64,000 bases of DNA from Gemmatimonas sp. (GCA_031414535.1 JANNVQ010000029.1:96001-160000), one strand, 5' to 3'. Shown: positions 53,672 through 64,000, counted from the stretch's first letter. Numbers and translations: made by a program. The notes: generated by a model not told the origin, from the letters alone.

Positions 53672-56304
53672 CCGATGTGGTGAATCGACTCACGGCTGCC
53701 CTTGCGGACCGGTATCGCATTGAGCGCGAGCTGGGGCAGGGCGGGATGGCCACGGTGTATCTCGCACACGACCTCAAGCACGATCGCTTGGTTGCCGTGA
53801 AGGTGTTGAAGCCAGAGCTGGCGGCCGTGCTCGGCGCCGAGCGGTTCGTTGTGGAGATCAAGACCACGGCGAGCATGAGCCATCCGCACATCTTGCCGCT
53901 GTTCGACAGCGGCGCGGCGGACGGCTTCCTCTTCTATGTGATGCCGTTCATCGAAGGCGAGACGCTGCGCGACAAGCTGAACCGCGAGACGCAGCTCGGC
54001 ATCGATGATTCCGTGCGCATCGCGCGCGAAGTGTTGGACGCGCTCGAGTACGCGCACTCGCGCGGCGTGATCCATCGCGACATCAAGCCGGAGAACATCC
54101 TGATGCAGGGTGGCCGGCCGATGATCGCGGACTTCGGCATCGCGCTGGCCGTGTCAGCTGCAGCGGGCGGCCGCATGACGGAAACGGGACTCAGCTTGGG
54201 CACACCGCACTACATGAGCCCCGAGCAAGCGACAGCCGAGAAGGAGATCAGCGGACGCAGCGACGTGTATTCGCTGGCGAGCGTGCTCTACGAGATGCTC
54301 GCCGGCCAGCCGCCGCACCTCGGTGGCAGTGCGCAGCAAATCATTATGAAGATCATCACCGAGCCGGCCGAAGCGGTGACAAAGTATCGGAAGTCTGTGC
54401 CCGCACACGTGGCGGCGGCGGTGGCGACTGCGCTCGAGAAGTTGCCTGCTGATCGATTCGCGACGGCGAGGGCATTCGCTGACGCATTGCAGTCAACCAC
54501 GTACACCCGTGCGGGCGGTCACAGCTTCGCTGCTAGCGCGACGACACCGGACTGGCGCGCCAAGGCGGCCGTTCCGGCGCTCGCGCTCTCGGCCTTGCTG
54601 CTCGCGGTCGTGGTTTGGGGGGCGACGCGCCAAGTGGAACTTCCGCTCGTGGCGCGCTATGAGATTGCTCTCGGTTGGTTGGCCTCCGGTGAGCTTGCGA
54701 ATATGCAGATTTCGCCCGACGGCTCCGAGTTAGTCACGGTGCGCCACTCGGAGGGACGCACGAGTCTTTTTGTGCGCCGCCGAGACCAACTGGAGCCGGT
54801 GGAGTTGGTTGGTACGGAAGGAGCAGGCAATCCCTCGTACTCGCCAGACGGCAGCAAGATCGCGTATATGAACGGCTCCGGCATCTACGTCTTCGACCGT
54901 GCCGCCGGACTCTCAACGCTGCTCACCGACTCGCTGGTCGGTGTACCCGGTGTCGCTTGGGGCTCCGACGGCTACGTGTACTACGACAGCCGCGGGGTGG
55001 GACCGTTACTGCGCGTGCGTGAAACAGGAGGCGCACCGGAGGCAGTCTCGACGCTCGACACCGCCGCGAAAGAGTTGCAACACGTGTGGCCCGACCCGCT
55101 GCCAAACGGGAAGGGCGTGCTGATGGTGATCAATCGCGGTGGTCCCGGCCAGGGCGCGTCCGACACCGATGGAATTGCGGTGCTCGACCTGCGTACGGGC
55201 ACGCATCGCGAACTCTTCCGGGGTGTCTTCGCGCGCTATGCGACGAGTGGGCACCTGTTGTACGTGACGCGTGAAGGTGACCTGATCGCCGCTCCGTTTG
55301 ACCAAGGTCGCCTCGAGGTCACAGGGACGGGCGTCGTCGTCGCGAAGGGGGTTGCCGTGCGCACCGGCGGCACCGGTGCGGTCGATCTCTCGATCTCTCG
55401 CACGGGCACGCTCTGGTATGCGATTGGCGGACGCGGCTCCGCTCAACGGGAGGCGCTGTGGGCGACGCGGGACGGCAGCGTGGGCGCGATGCGTCCGGAG
55501 CTGGTGGGCAACCTCCTCGATGTCGCGATCTCGCCTGACGGCAGGCGACTTGCCTACATCTCACGCGTCAACGACGGTGGGCGCATCTGGGTCCAAGACC
55601 TCGCGAATGGAAACCGCGAGCGACTCACCTTGGAGCAGAGCTTTTCGGAACTCGCATGGAACCGGGATGGGCGCACGCTGATTGGCGGCACTGCGGGGGG
55701 GGTGCTGCACAGGGTGATGGCCGACGGCAGCGCACCGGCCACGGCTCTCGCCAGCGTCACGCGAACCGCCCAGAACGTGCAGTGGACTCCCGACGGGAAA
55801 GGTTTGACCTACGCCATTCGCAATGGCACGGACGTCGAGATTATGTCGTTCCGTCCGGGAAGCGACACTGCGCCCGTCGCATTAGTGCGCACGCCCGGCG
55901 TGAATCGAGCGCCGTCAGTGTCACCGGATGGGAAGTGGCTGCTCTTCCAGTCGGCGCGCTCCGGTGTGAGTCAGATTTTCGTGCGCCAGTTTGCGGGCAC
56001 GGCGGGCGCGCTTCGTCAAGTATCGTCGGGCAACGGGTTCGACCCCGTGTGGTCGAAGGACGGTCGCGAGATCTTTTATCGAACGCTCTACGACTCGCTC
56101 GTGTCGGTGCCGGTACTACCTGGTCCCTCGTTCGCCGTGGGAACTGAGCGTGTGCTCTTCTCCACGCGCGGCGTCACGGATTGGGATGTTATGCCGGATG
56201 GTCGCCGCTTCCTGCTGGTGCGCGAGCGCGAGGCCGCGGAGCCTAAGCGGCTGATCGTTATTGAGAACTTCCACGAAGAGTTAAAGGCGAGGGTGCCTCA
56301 ATGA
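53668..56304 (+). CDS. Ser/Thr protein kinase 5 (kinase-TM-beta-propellers)
   Basis: Same architecture as kinase 4; GTGA overlap with the previous gene. Confidence 0.93.
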   Translation: MTDVVNRLTAALADRYRIERELGQGGMATVYLAHDLKHDRLVAVKVLKPELAAVLGAERFVVEIKTTASMSHPHILPLFDSGAADGFLFYVMPFIEGETLRDKLNRETQLGIDDSVRIAREVLDALEYAHSRGVIHRDIKPENILMQGGRPMIADFGIALAVSAAAGGRMTETGLSLGTPHYMSPEQATAEKEISGRSDVYSLASVLYEMLAGQPPHLGGSAQQIIMKIITEPAEAVTKYRKSVPAHVAAAVATALEKLPADRFATARAFADALQSTTYTRAGGHSFAASATTPDWRAKAAVPALALSALLLAVVVWGATRQVELPLVARYEIALGWLASGELANMQISPDGSELVTVRHSEGRTSLFVRRRDQLEPVELVGTEGAGNPSYSPDGSKIAYMNGSGIYVFDRAAGLSTLLTDSLVGVPGVAWGSDGYVYYDSRGVGPLLRVRETGGAPEAVSTLDTAAKELQHVWPDPLPNGKGVLMVINRGGPGQGASDTDGIAVLDLRTGTHRELFRGVFARYATSGHLLYVTREGDLIAAPFDQGRLEVTGTGVVVAKGVAVRTGGTGAVDLSISRTGTLWYAIGGRGSAQREALWATRDGSVGAMRPELVGNLLDVAISPDGRRLAYISRVNDGGRIWVQDLANGNRERLTLEQSFSELAWNRDGRTLIGGTAGGVLHRVMADGSAPATALASVTRTAQNVQWTPDGKGLTYAIRNGTDVEIMSFRPGSDTAPVALVRTPGVNRAPSVSPDGKWLLFQSARSGVSQIFVRQFAGTAGALRQVSSGNGFDPVWSKDGREIFYRTLYDSLVSVPVLPGPSFAVGTERVLFSTRGVTDWDVMPDGRRFLLVREREAAEPKRLIVIENFHEELKARVPQ

Positions 56305-58973
56305 GCGGAATCGCAGAGCGGTTGTCGGCAGCTCTCGCCGACCGCTACCGCATCGAGCGCGAGCTTGGCCAGGGCGGTATGGCGACGGTGTATCTCGCTG
56401 AGGATCTCAAGCACAAACGTCGCGTCGCGGTGAAGGTCCTGAAGCCCGAGCTCGCCGCCGTGCTCGGCGCCGAGCGCTTCGTGCAGGAGATCACGACGAC
56501 AGCCGCGCTCCAGCATCCGCACATCTTGCCGCTGTTTGACAGTGGCGAGGCGGACGGCTTCCTGTACTACGTGATGCCGTTCATCGACGGCGAAACGCTA
56601 CGAGGCAAGCTCGACCGCGAAACACAGCTTGGCGTGGACGAAGCCGTGCGTATCGCGAGTGACGTGGCGAGCGCGCTGCATTACGCGCACACGCACGGCG
56701 TGATCCATCGCGACATCAAGCCGGAGAACATCCTGCTGCACGATGGCCGGCCGATGGTGGCGGACTTCGGCATCGCGCTCGCAGTCTCAGCCGCAGCGGG
56801 CGGACGCATGACGGAGACGGGCTTAAGCCTCGGCACGCCGCACTATATGTCGCCAGAGCAAGCGACGGCCGAGAAGGAGATCACGGCGAAGAGCGACGTG
56901 TACTCGCTAGGGTCCGTGCTCTATGAGATGCTCACGGGCAACCCGCCGCACGTCGGCGCGAGCGCGCAGCAAATCATTATGAAGATCATCACCACGCCGG
57001 CCGAGCTGGTGACGGTGCATCGCAAGGCAGTGCCTGCGAATGTGGTGGCGGCGGTGGCGACTTCACTGGAGAAGCTGCCGGCCGATCGCTTCGAGAGTGC
57101 GAAGGCCTTCGCCGAGGCACTGAAGAATCCGTCGTATACAACGACGCTCACCGGAGCGGAGGTCGGCGCGTTTGGTGCACAGCGCGGAGTTTCCTCGCGG
57201 CTATTCGCAGCTGTAGGTGCGCTCGCGGCCCTCGCGCTCATTGCCGCGGCCTGGGGCTGGAGCCGTGCCGCCTCGCCAGTGCCGCCTCAGGTGATCCGCT
57301 ATGTGGACGCGGAACTGACCGATAGTCTGCGGGCGACCACGCTCTTCCCCTCCATCGCAATCTCGCCGGACGGGCGTCGCATCGTGTTCGGCGGTGGAGG
57401 ACGGCTCTACCTGCGCGACCGCGACCAGATGACGGTCGTAGCACTGCCTGGCACGGAGCGCGGCATCACACCGGCATTCTCGCCGGATGGGCGGCGCATC
57501 GCCTTCTGCATTCTTAACGCCTCGGCCAACTGTTCGTTGCGCGTGGTCTCGCTGTCCGGCGGGCCTCCGACGACGCTCACGGATGGCGGAGGAGCTAGGG
57601 CCGCATGGGGGCCCGACGGGACCTTCTACCTCTCAGGCAGTGGCTCCGCCGGTCTTCTCCGCCTGCCGGAGACTGGAGGAACGCCGACCCCCTTCACCAT
57701 CCTCGACACGGCGGCCGGAGAGTTGCGGCACGTCGGGCCCGACGCGTTGCCCAACGGTAAGGGTGTGCTCTTCGTCGTCGAACGTGGCGCCGGGGAGGGC
57801 GAGATCGCCGTAGCAGAGTCCGAGACGGGAACGCACCGTCGACTCGGCTTGAGCGGCATCAAGGTGCGGTACGCTTCGGGGCACATTCTCTTCGTAACCA
57901 CCGACGGCACTCTGATGGTCGCCCCGTTCGACCAAGGTCGAATGGCCGTCACCGGCGAGGCCCGCGCCATCGACGAGGGGGGCAGCGTCCAGAATCTGGG
58001 CTCCGATCTCGCCATCTCTTCCACTGGGACCCTGATGTACGCGAAGGGCACCCGCGCCGCCGGTAGGGATCAGGCGGTGTGGATGGAGAGCGACGGGAGA
58101 GAGCGACCCGGGGACCTGTGGACGGCGGACTTCGCCGACCTGGCGTTGTCGCCGGATGGATCGCGTTTGGTGGTGGGCATCCGCGTGAATGGCATCGTGA
58201 CGCTCTGGGTGCGTCAGGGCGAGCGCGGTCAACTTGCGCGGCTCACGCTTGCCGCCGACGGCAGCTGCGTGGAGCCGGCGTGGACGCCGGACGGCCGCTC
58301 CGTCGCGTACATATGCAGGACGGGACCGAGGACTGCAGTGTACCAGCGCCGCGCGGACGGGAGTATGCCGGCGGAGCTGCTCTTCGAGTGGAAGCGGCCC
58401 CTGCCGCCCAGCGACATCGCGTGGACCCCTGACGGACGTACCCTAATCGTGCAGCTGCCCACGCCGGAGGGTGCTGAGTTGTTCAGGATACGCCCTGGGG
58501 TGGACAGCATTCCTGTCCCGCTGCTGGCGACGCGGCTCTTCGGCCGCGCCCCCGCCGTCTCTCCTGATGGTCGCTGGCTCGCGTACTCGAGCAACGAATC
58601 GGAGCGAGGGGAGGTGTACGTCCGTCCCTTTCCCGACCCGAGCGGCTCCCGCACACTGGTATCCACTTCCGGTGGTGTCGATCCCGGCTGGTCGCCGTCG
58701 GGGCGAGAGCTGCTGTTCACGCGGCGTGCAGCGAGCGCCGACGCGGAGGAGATGGTCTCGGTCGCGGTGAATGCGGGAGGGGCAGACTTGAGCGTTGGCC
58801 CGGAGCGGGTCTTATTCACTGCGGCGCGACTCTCCTATTGGGGACGGAGGCCGGACGGCAAGCAATTCGTCATCGTGCGTCCGACCGTCGCCGCTGCACG
58901 AAGCGACGTCAAGGTGGTGGTGGTGGAGAACTGGTTTGCGGAATTGGGTGCGTTTGCTAAGGAGCGGCCGTGA
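56301..58973 (+). CDS. Ser/Thr protein kinase 6 (kinase-TM-beta-propellers)
   Basis: Same architecture; ATGA overlap with the previous gene. Confidence 0.93.
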   Translation: MSGIAERLSAALADRYRIERELGQGGMATVYLAEDLKHKRRVAVKVLKPELAAVLGAERFVQEITTTAALQHPHILPLFDSGEADGFLYYVMPFIDGETLRGKLDRETQLGVDEAVRIASDVASALHYAHTHGVIHRDIKPENILLHDGRPMVADFGIALAVSAAAGGRMTETGLSLGTPHYMSPEQATAEKEITAKSDVYSLGSVLYEMLTGNPPHVGASAQQIIMKIITTPAELVTVHRKAVPANVVAAVATSLEKLPADRFESAKAFAEALKNPSYTTTLTGAEVGAFGAQRGVSSRLFAAVGALAALALIAAAWGWSRAASPVPPQVIRYVDAELTDSLRATTLFPSIAISPDGRRIVFGGGGRLYLRDRDQMTVVALPGTERGITPAFSPDGRRIAFCILNASANCSLRVVSLSGGPPTTLTDGGGARAAWGPDGTFYLSGSGSAGLLRLPETGGTPTPFTILDTAAGELRHVGPDALPNGKGVLFVVERGAGEGEIAVAESETGTHRRLGLSGIKVRYASGHILFVTTDGTLMVAPFDQGRMAVTGEARAIDEGGSVQNLGSDLAISSTGTLMYAKGTRAAGRDQAVWMESDGRERPGDLWTADFADLALSPDGSRLVVGIRVNGIVTLWVRQGERGQLARLTLAADGSCVEPAWTPDGRSVAYICRTGPRTAVYQRRADGSMPAELLFEWKRPLPPSDIAWTPDGRTLIVQLPTPEGAELFRIRPGVDSIPVPLLATRLFGRAPAVSPDGRWLAYSSNESERGEVYVRPFPDPSGSRTLVSTSGGVDPGWSPSGRELLFTRRAASADAEEMVSVAVNAGGADLSVGPERVLFTAARLSYWGRRPDGKQFVIVRPTVAAARSDVKVVVVENWFAELGAFAKERP

Positions 58974-61615
58974 GTGCACAGGATGTGAAACCGCGCTTGA
59001 CCGCGGCGCTCGCCGACCGGTATCGCATTGAGCGCGAGCTGGGGCAGGGCGGGATGGCCACGGTGTATCTCGCCGAAGACCTCAAGCACAAGCGTCGCGT
59101 CGCGGTGAAGGTCTTAAAGCCCGAACTCGCCGCCGTACTCGGCGCCGAGCGCTTCGTGCAGGAGATTACGACCACGGCGGCGCTGCAGCATCCGCACATC
59201 CTGCCGCTGTTCGATTCCGGCGAGGCGGACGGCTTCCTGTACTATGTGATGCCGTTCATCGACGGCGAGACGCTAAGAGGCAAGCTCGATCGCGAAACGC
59301 AGCTCGGCGTGGACGAATCGGTGCGCATCGCGAGTGACGTGGCGAGTGCGCTGCACTACGCGCACACGCACGGTGTCATTCATCGCGACATCAAGCCGGA
59401 GAACATCCTGTTGCACGATGGTCGGCCGATGGTGGCGGACTTCGGCATCGCGCTCGCGGTTTCAGCTGCAGCGGGCGGGCGAATGACGGAGACGGGCTTA
59501 AGCCTCGGCACGCCGCACTATATGTCGCCCGAGCAAGCGACCGCCGAGAAGGAGATCACGGCGCGTAGCGACGTCTACTCGATCGGCTCCGTGCTCTACG
59601 AGATGCTCAGCGGCAACCCGCCACACACTGGGTCGAGCGCGCAGCAGATCATTATGAAGATCATCACCGCTGCGGCCGAGCCCGTGACGCTCTACCGCAA
59701 GTCGGTGCCGGCGAACGTCGCGGCCGCGGTGGCGAAGTCGCTGGAGAAGCTCCCCGCGGATCGCTTCGCGAGCGCGAAGGAGTTTTCCGACGCGCTGGGC
59801 AATCCTGCATTCGGCGCTGGCGCGTCATCTGGCGCGGTTTCCGCTTCAGGTGCGCCCACATCGCGCCGTCGTCTTCAGTTGGGGCTCGCCGCCATCGCCT
59901 TGGTGGCGCTCACCGCGCTGGTGACCTGGACACTCGCCGCGCCGCGTGACAACGGCGGCGAGAGCGTGCACTTGGCCTTCTCGACGGCGCCGGGCCAGCC
60001 GCTCGGCATTGTCTCGGGTCGCAACGTCGCGATTTCTCCGGATGGGCGGACCATTGTCTACGCGACCGACGACTCCACTGGGCGCGGCGGCTTGCTCGTG
60101 CGTCGGCTCGACGACCTCCGTCACACGCAGATTCCCGACGTGGTCGACCCCCTCTTTCCAGCCTTCTCGCTCGATGGCACCTCAATTGCCTATTTGGAAG
60201 GTCGCCAGCTCAAGCGGGTCGAGCTCGCAGGCGGGACGCCAACCACGCTGGCGGATATCGCGGGCACCTTTCAGGGTGCCGCGTGGACCGCGGATGGCAT
60301 CGTGGTGTCGATCAACGGCGTGTTGTCGCTCGTGCCAAGCACGGGAGGGACTCCGGTCCCGCTGCTTCCTGGTGACTCCCTGCGCGGGTACTGGCCGGTG
60401 ACCCTCTCTGGAGGGACGACCATCGCGTTCCAAATCGGGCTGACGTCTCTGGGCCCAATCAAGCTGCTCGACATACGGAAGCGCCGCGCGACGACATTGG
60501 CTGTTACCGGGGCACCAGTGGGCGTAATGGATGGCCGCTTCATTTTCTTCAGAAACAGCGCGTTGTGGGCGGTGTCTTTCGACGAAGCAGGACCTAGCGT
60601 GTCGGGGGTGGAACGCGAGGTGCTCCCGGAAGTGCGATTCTCAGTCCTCAGCCAAGCGAAGGCGGCGGTATCGTCCAGCGGATCCCTCGTCTACGTGTCG
60701 GGGGTGAGTCGCCGGCAAATGGTGCTGATGGATATGCGCGTCAATATGCGAGGCGTGGCTCAACCCTTGTCGATTCCGATTTCTCGCATGCAGTCACCGC
60801 GGTTCTCTCCGGACGGACGACGGGTGATGGCACATATCGCGGCATCTGGGCGCGAGGATGTTTGGATTTACGATTTGGCGTCGGGCACGTCGCAACGGAT
60901 GACGTTCGACGGTACAGAGAACATGCGCTCGGAATGGTCGCCGGATGGCACGCGTATTCTCTATCGAAGCATTCGCGGGGATCCGAACGTCACCTTCTGG
61001 TGGCAGCCGTCCGACGGAAGTGGAAGTGCGTCCGAACTCGCGGCCTTCGCTGGACGTGACTTATGGCAGGCCGTGCTCACGCCGGACGGAGAGACAGTGG
61101 TCTTTCGCACGGGGACGCTCGGCCAGGCAGATATCTTTTACCGTCGACTGACGGGCGACACGGTGACCAAGCCGATTGCCAACACCAGATTTGACGAAGT
61201 CGGACCGCGACTCTCGCCTGACGGAAAATGGGTCGCGTATACGACGGACGCCTCTGGCACGAGTGAGGTCGTGGTCCGGCCATTCCCAGGCCCCGGTGCT
61301 CCGATTGCGGTCTCGGCGGCGGGAGGCGCGACACCTGTTTGGACGCGTGACGGGCGCCGCATCATCTATGCGGTCGGTACGCAGATGATGGAAGCGACTG
61401 TCACTACGAGCCCCACGTTCGCCGTCACTTCGCGCCGTGCGCTCTTCCAGGGAGATTTCTACTTCAACCCGGCGCACGCGATGTTCGATGTGTCACCCGA
61501 CGGGAACTCGCTCCTGATGCTGCGGAACGACCCGAGCAGCGCCGAGCAGATTGTGGTGATTCACAATTGGCAGGCGGAGCTCAGGGCGAAAGCGAAAGCG
61601 GGGGGCACTCCCTGA
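58970..61615 (+). CDS. Ser/Thr protein kinase 7 (kinase-TM-beta-propellers)
   Basis: Same architecture; GTGA overlap with the previous gene. Confidence 0.93.
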   Translation: MSAQDVKPRLTAALADRYRIERELGQGGMATVYLAEDLKHKRRVAVKVLKPELAAVLGAERFVQEITTTAALQHPHILPLFDSGEADGFLYYVMPFIDGETLRGKLDRETQLGVDESVRIASDVASALHYAHTHGVIHRDIKPENILLHDGRPMVADFGIALAVSAAAGGRMTETGLSLGTPHYMSPEQATAEKEITARSDVYSIGSVLYEMLSGNPPHTGSSAQQIIMKIITAAAEPVTLYRKSVPANVAAAVAKSLEKLPADRFASAKEFSDALGNPAFGAGASSGAVSASGAPTSRRRLQLGLAAIALVALTALVTWTLAAPRDNGGESVHLAFSTAPGQPLGIVSGRNVAISPDGRTIVYATDDSTGRGGLLVRRLDDLRHTQIPDVVDPLFPAFSLDGTSIAYLEGRQLKRVELAGGTPTTLADIAGTFQGAAWTADGIVVSINGVLSLVPSTGGTPVPLLPGDSLRGYWPVTLSGGTTIAFQIGLTSLGPIKLLDIRKRRATTLAVTGAPVGVMDGRFIFFRNSALWAVSFDEAGPSVSGVEREVLPEVRFSVLSQAKAAVSSSGSLVYVSGVSRRQMVLMDMRVNMRGVAQPLSIPISRMQSPRFSPDGRRVMAHIAASGREDVWIYDLASGTSQRMTFDGTENMRSEWSPDGTRILYRSIRGDPNVTFWWQPSDGSGSASELAAFAGRDLWQAVLTPDGETVVFRTGTLGQADIFYRRLTGDTVTKPIANTRFDEVGPRLSPDGKWVAYTTDASGTSEVVVRPFPGPGAPIAVSAAGGATPVWTRDGRRIIYAVGTQMMEATVTTSPTFAVTSRRALFQGDFYFNPAHAMFDVSPDGNSLLMLRNDPSSAEQIVVIHNWQAELRAKAKAGGTP

Positions 61616-61640
61616 TGCCCGCAACAAAGGTGGAGGCGAT

Positions 61641-64000
61641 TTGACGCAGTCCGTGAGTGAGCGGCTCAGTGCCGCGCTTTCTGATCGGTATCGCATTGAG
61701 CGCGAGCTCGGCCAAGGCGGAATGGCCACCGTGTATCTCGCCGAGGACCTCAAGCACAAGCGTCGCGTCGCTGTCAAGGTGCTCAAGCCGGAACTCGCCG
61801 CCGTCCTCGGCGCCGAGCGTTTCGTGGTGGAGATCACGACGACAGCCGCGCTCCAACATCCGCACATCTTGCCGCTGTTTGATTCCGGCGAAGCTGACGG
61901 CTTCCTGTACTATGTGATGCCGTTCATCGACGGCGAAACGCTACGAGGCAAGCTCGATCGCGAAACGCAGCTGAGCGTGGACGAGAGCGTACGCATCGCC
62001 AGTGACGTGGCGAGCGCGCTGCACTACGCGCACACGCAGGGCGTAATCCATCGCGACATCAAGCCCGAGAACATCCTGCTGCACGATGGTCGCCCGATGG
62101 TGGCGGACTTTGGCATCGCGCTCGCGGTTTCAGCGGCGGCTGGTGGGCGGATGACGGAGACGGGCCTCAGCCTCGGCACGCCGCACTATATGTCGCCCGA
62201 ACAAGCGACGGCCGAGAAGGAGATCACGGCCAAGAGCGACGTGTACTCGCTCGGTTCCGTGCTCTACGAAATGCTCACGGGCAACCCGCCGCACGTGGGC
62301 GCGAGCGCGCAGCAGATCATTATGAAGATCATCACCACGCCAGCTGAGTTGGTGACGGTGCATCGCAAGGCGGTGCCGGCGCACGTGGCTGATGCTGTGG
62401 CGAAGTCATTGGAAAAGTTGCCGGCCGACCGGTTCTCAAGCGCGAAGGCGTTTGCAGAGGCGCTCGCAAACTCAGCGTTCCGTTCAGCCACCATTGGAGT
62501 GACGGTCGCCACGTCTTCGCAGACGTCCGGCAGTTGGCGCACCGCAGCGCTCGCGCTCGGCGCCGTCGCAGTGGTCACAACTTCGATTGCGCTGATGGGT
62601 GGAACCGGCGGAAGTGGAGAGTCGCGCGACGTTGGGCTCTTGCCGACCGCACCGATGCGAATGCAAAACACCAAGCGGAACTTCGCCGTTTCGCACGATG
62701 GCACTTTCATCGTGTACGAGGCACGACTTGGGGAGTCGTCTCAACTCTGGTATCAGAGTCTCATCGACTCCGTGTCGCGCGCCATCACCGGGACGGAAGG
62801 CGCTGTTGGCGCTCCACGTATCTCACCCGACGATCGACGCATCGCCTTTGAGAGCGAAGGAGAGGTAAAGATCATCAGCGTGGACGGCGGCACCGCAACA
62901 GTGGCGGTGCGCGCCGAGGATCTCACCGGCGGCGGATGGCTCGCGAATGGGCAGATCTTCTTCGGCGCGGACGACGGGCGAGTGATGCGCTGGGTGGACG
63001 CCGAGACGGGTCCGGCGCGCACCGAACGCATCGGGCTCTGTATCCATCCCCAGTTAATGGAAGGACGGAATCGGATTCTCTGCGGAGGGGGATCGACGAA
63101 GGTCGCCTACGCGGTCGATCCCGCCCGCCCCGATGAACGGCTCTTCCTCCGTCGGTCTGCTGAAGCTGCGACCGCTGGCCCACCACTCGTGCTCGGCTCT
63201 GATTTCCGCATCGTGGACGGTGAGTATCTCGTCTATATGTCCATTGATGGCACGATAATGGGCGCTCGGTTCGAGGATATCGATTCACTTATCGTAGGTC
63301 GCTCGGTGCCGCTTGTCTCCGGTGTGCGTCGCAGCGCATACTCGGCGTCCGGGCACTTCGATATTACCGACAACGGCACCCTCGTGTTTGTGCCGGGCAT
63401 TAACGCAGAGGTCGGACGCCTCGTGCAGTGGTCGCGTGAGCAGGGCATCGTGCCGCTGCGCGTGGACGAAGGCGCGCACCTGCGATTCACGCCGAGTCCA
63501 GACGGCACGCGGTTGGGAACGGTCGTTGAGGGAATTCAGGAACAGGAACTCCGCATCTATGACCTGCGCACCGGGACGCACGAGACGGTTGACCAGGGCT
63601 ATTACCTCGGCGGGCCGCGATGGAGTCCCGATGGACGCAGCATCGCTTATCTGAAGCGGGAGTACGCGACCCCAACGCAGGAGAAGGTGCTCCTGCGTCG
63701 GCTTGAATCTCCGGAGCCACCGCGCGTTCTCATCAGCGGAGACTATCGCGCGAATGAACCCTCGTCCTTCCTGGCCGATGATTTTCTTTTGTTGGGCGTG
63801 AGCATCAGTCAAGGCAGGAACGTGATTGTTGATCCCACGTCCAATCCCGTTGGCATCGATACGCTGCCGCTGAGCAGCTTCTTCATCTCGCTGTCGCCCG
63901 ACCGCAAATGGATTGCGTATCAACCCCAAGGGGCGATTGGCGTCACTCTTCAGCCGTGGCCGGCGCTTGACCGCCGATATCAGGTTGACCCGCTCGGTGC
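61641..64000 (+). CDS. Ser/Thr protein kinase 8 (runs off the window's right edge)
   Basis: Not in the ORF track because it is truncated. TTG at 61641, after GGAGG, reads MTQSVSERLSAALSDRYRIERELGQGGMATV..HRDIKPEN..DFG, then a TM helix and SPDG-type blades. Confidence 0.9.
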   Translation, partial: MTQSVSERLSAALSDRYRIERELGQGGMATVYLAEDLKHKRRVAVKVLKPELAAVLGAERFVVEITTTAALQHPHILPLFDSGEADGFLYYVMPFIDGETLRGKLDRETQLSVDESVRIASDVASALHYAHTQGVIHRDIKPENILLHDGRPMVADFGIALAVSAAAGGRMTETGLSLGTPHYMSPEQATAEKEITAKSDVYSLGSVLYEMLTGNPPHVGASAQQIIMKIITTPAELVTVHRKAVPAHVADAVAKSLEKLPADRFSSAKAFAEALANSAFRSATIGVTVATSSQTSGSWRTAALALGAVAVVTTSIALMGGTGGSGESRDVGLLPTAPMRMQNTKRNFAVSHDGTFIVYEARLGESSQLWYQSLIDSVSRAITGTEGAVGAPRISPDDRRIAFESEGEVKIISVDGGTATVAVRAEDLTGGGWLANGQIFFGADDGRVMRWVDAETGPARTERIGLCIHPQLMEGRNRILCGGGSTKVAYAVDPARPDERLFLRRSAEAATAGPPLVLGSDFRIVDGEYLVYMSIDGTIMGARFEDIDSLIVGRSVPLVSGVRRSAYSASGHFDITDNGTLVFVPGINAEVGRLVQWSREQGIVPLRVDEGAHLRFTPSPDGTRLGTVVEGIQEQELRIYDLRTGTHETVDQGYYLGGPRWSPDGRSIAYLKREYATPTQEKVLLRRLESPEPPRVLISGDYRANEPSSFLADDFLLLGVSISQGRNVIVDPTSNPVGIDTLPLSSFFISLSPDRKWIAYQPQGAIGVTLQPWPALDRRYQVDPLG

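Noticed and set aside
42164..64000. Pseudokinases or pseudogenes in the kinase array
   Set aside because: All copies keep the catalytic motifs, and copies 1-7 are full-length ORFs; copy 8 appears to be cut only by the window edge.

Overview
GC-rich bacterial chromosomal window, most likely Gemmatimonadota (inferred from gene content, not tested). From left to right it holds: a cyanophycin operon (iadA-cphB-cphA, minus strand, cphA cut by the window edge); a four-helix-bundle gene enclosed by an ~83-bp inverted repeat built from 7-nt units; sdaAB/sdaAA; a CesT-like gene plus pspA; cysS; a Thr-Tyr-Gly-Thr tRNA cluster with no tuf after it; rpmG-secE-nusG-rplK-rplA-rplJ-rplL-rpoB-rpoC; accessory metabolic and signalling genes; a 1776-aa repetitive lipoprotein; and a >21-kb tandem array of at least eight Ser/Thr kinases. 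The kinases share a conserved catalytic domain but have divergent C-terminal sensor domains, and two divergent VapBC-type toxin-antitoxin pairs are inserted in the array. The most unusual signals are: (1) the IVS-like stem-loop cassette around the four-helix-bundle gene, together with dispersed heptamer-repeat arms and hairpins at seven other intergenic sites; (2) the polymorphic kinase array, which shows mosaic identity tracts and a TA operon coupled to it; (3) a recurring TANNNT-6/7 nt-ATG layout that suggests widespread leaderless transcription. All calls come from reading the sequence by eye; no database searches were run.
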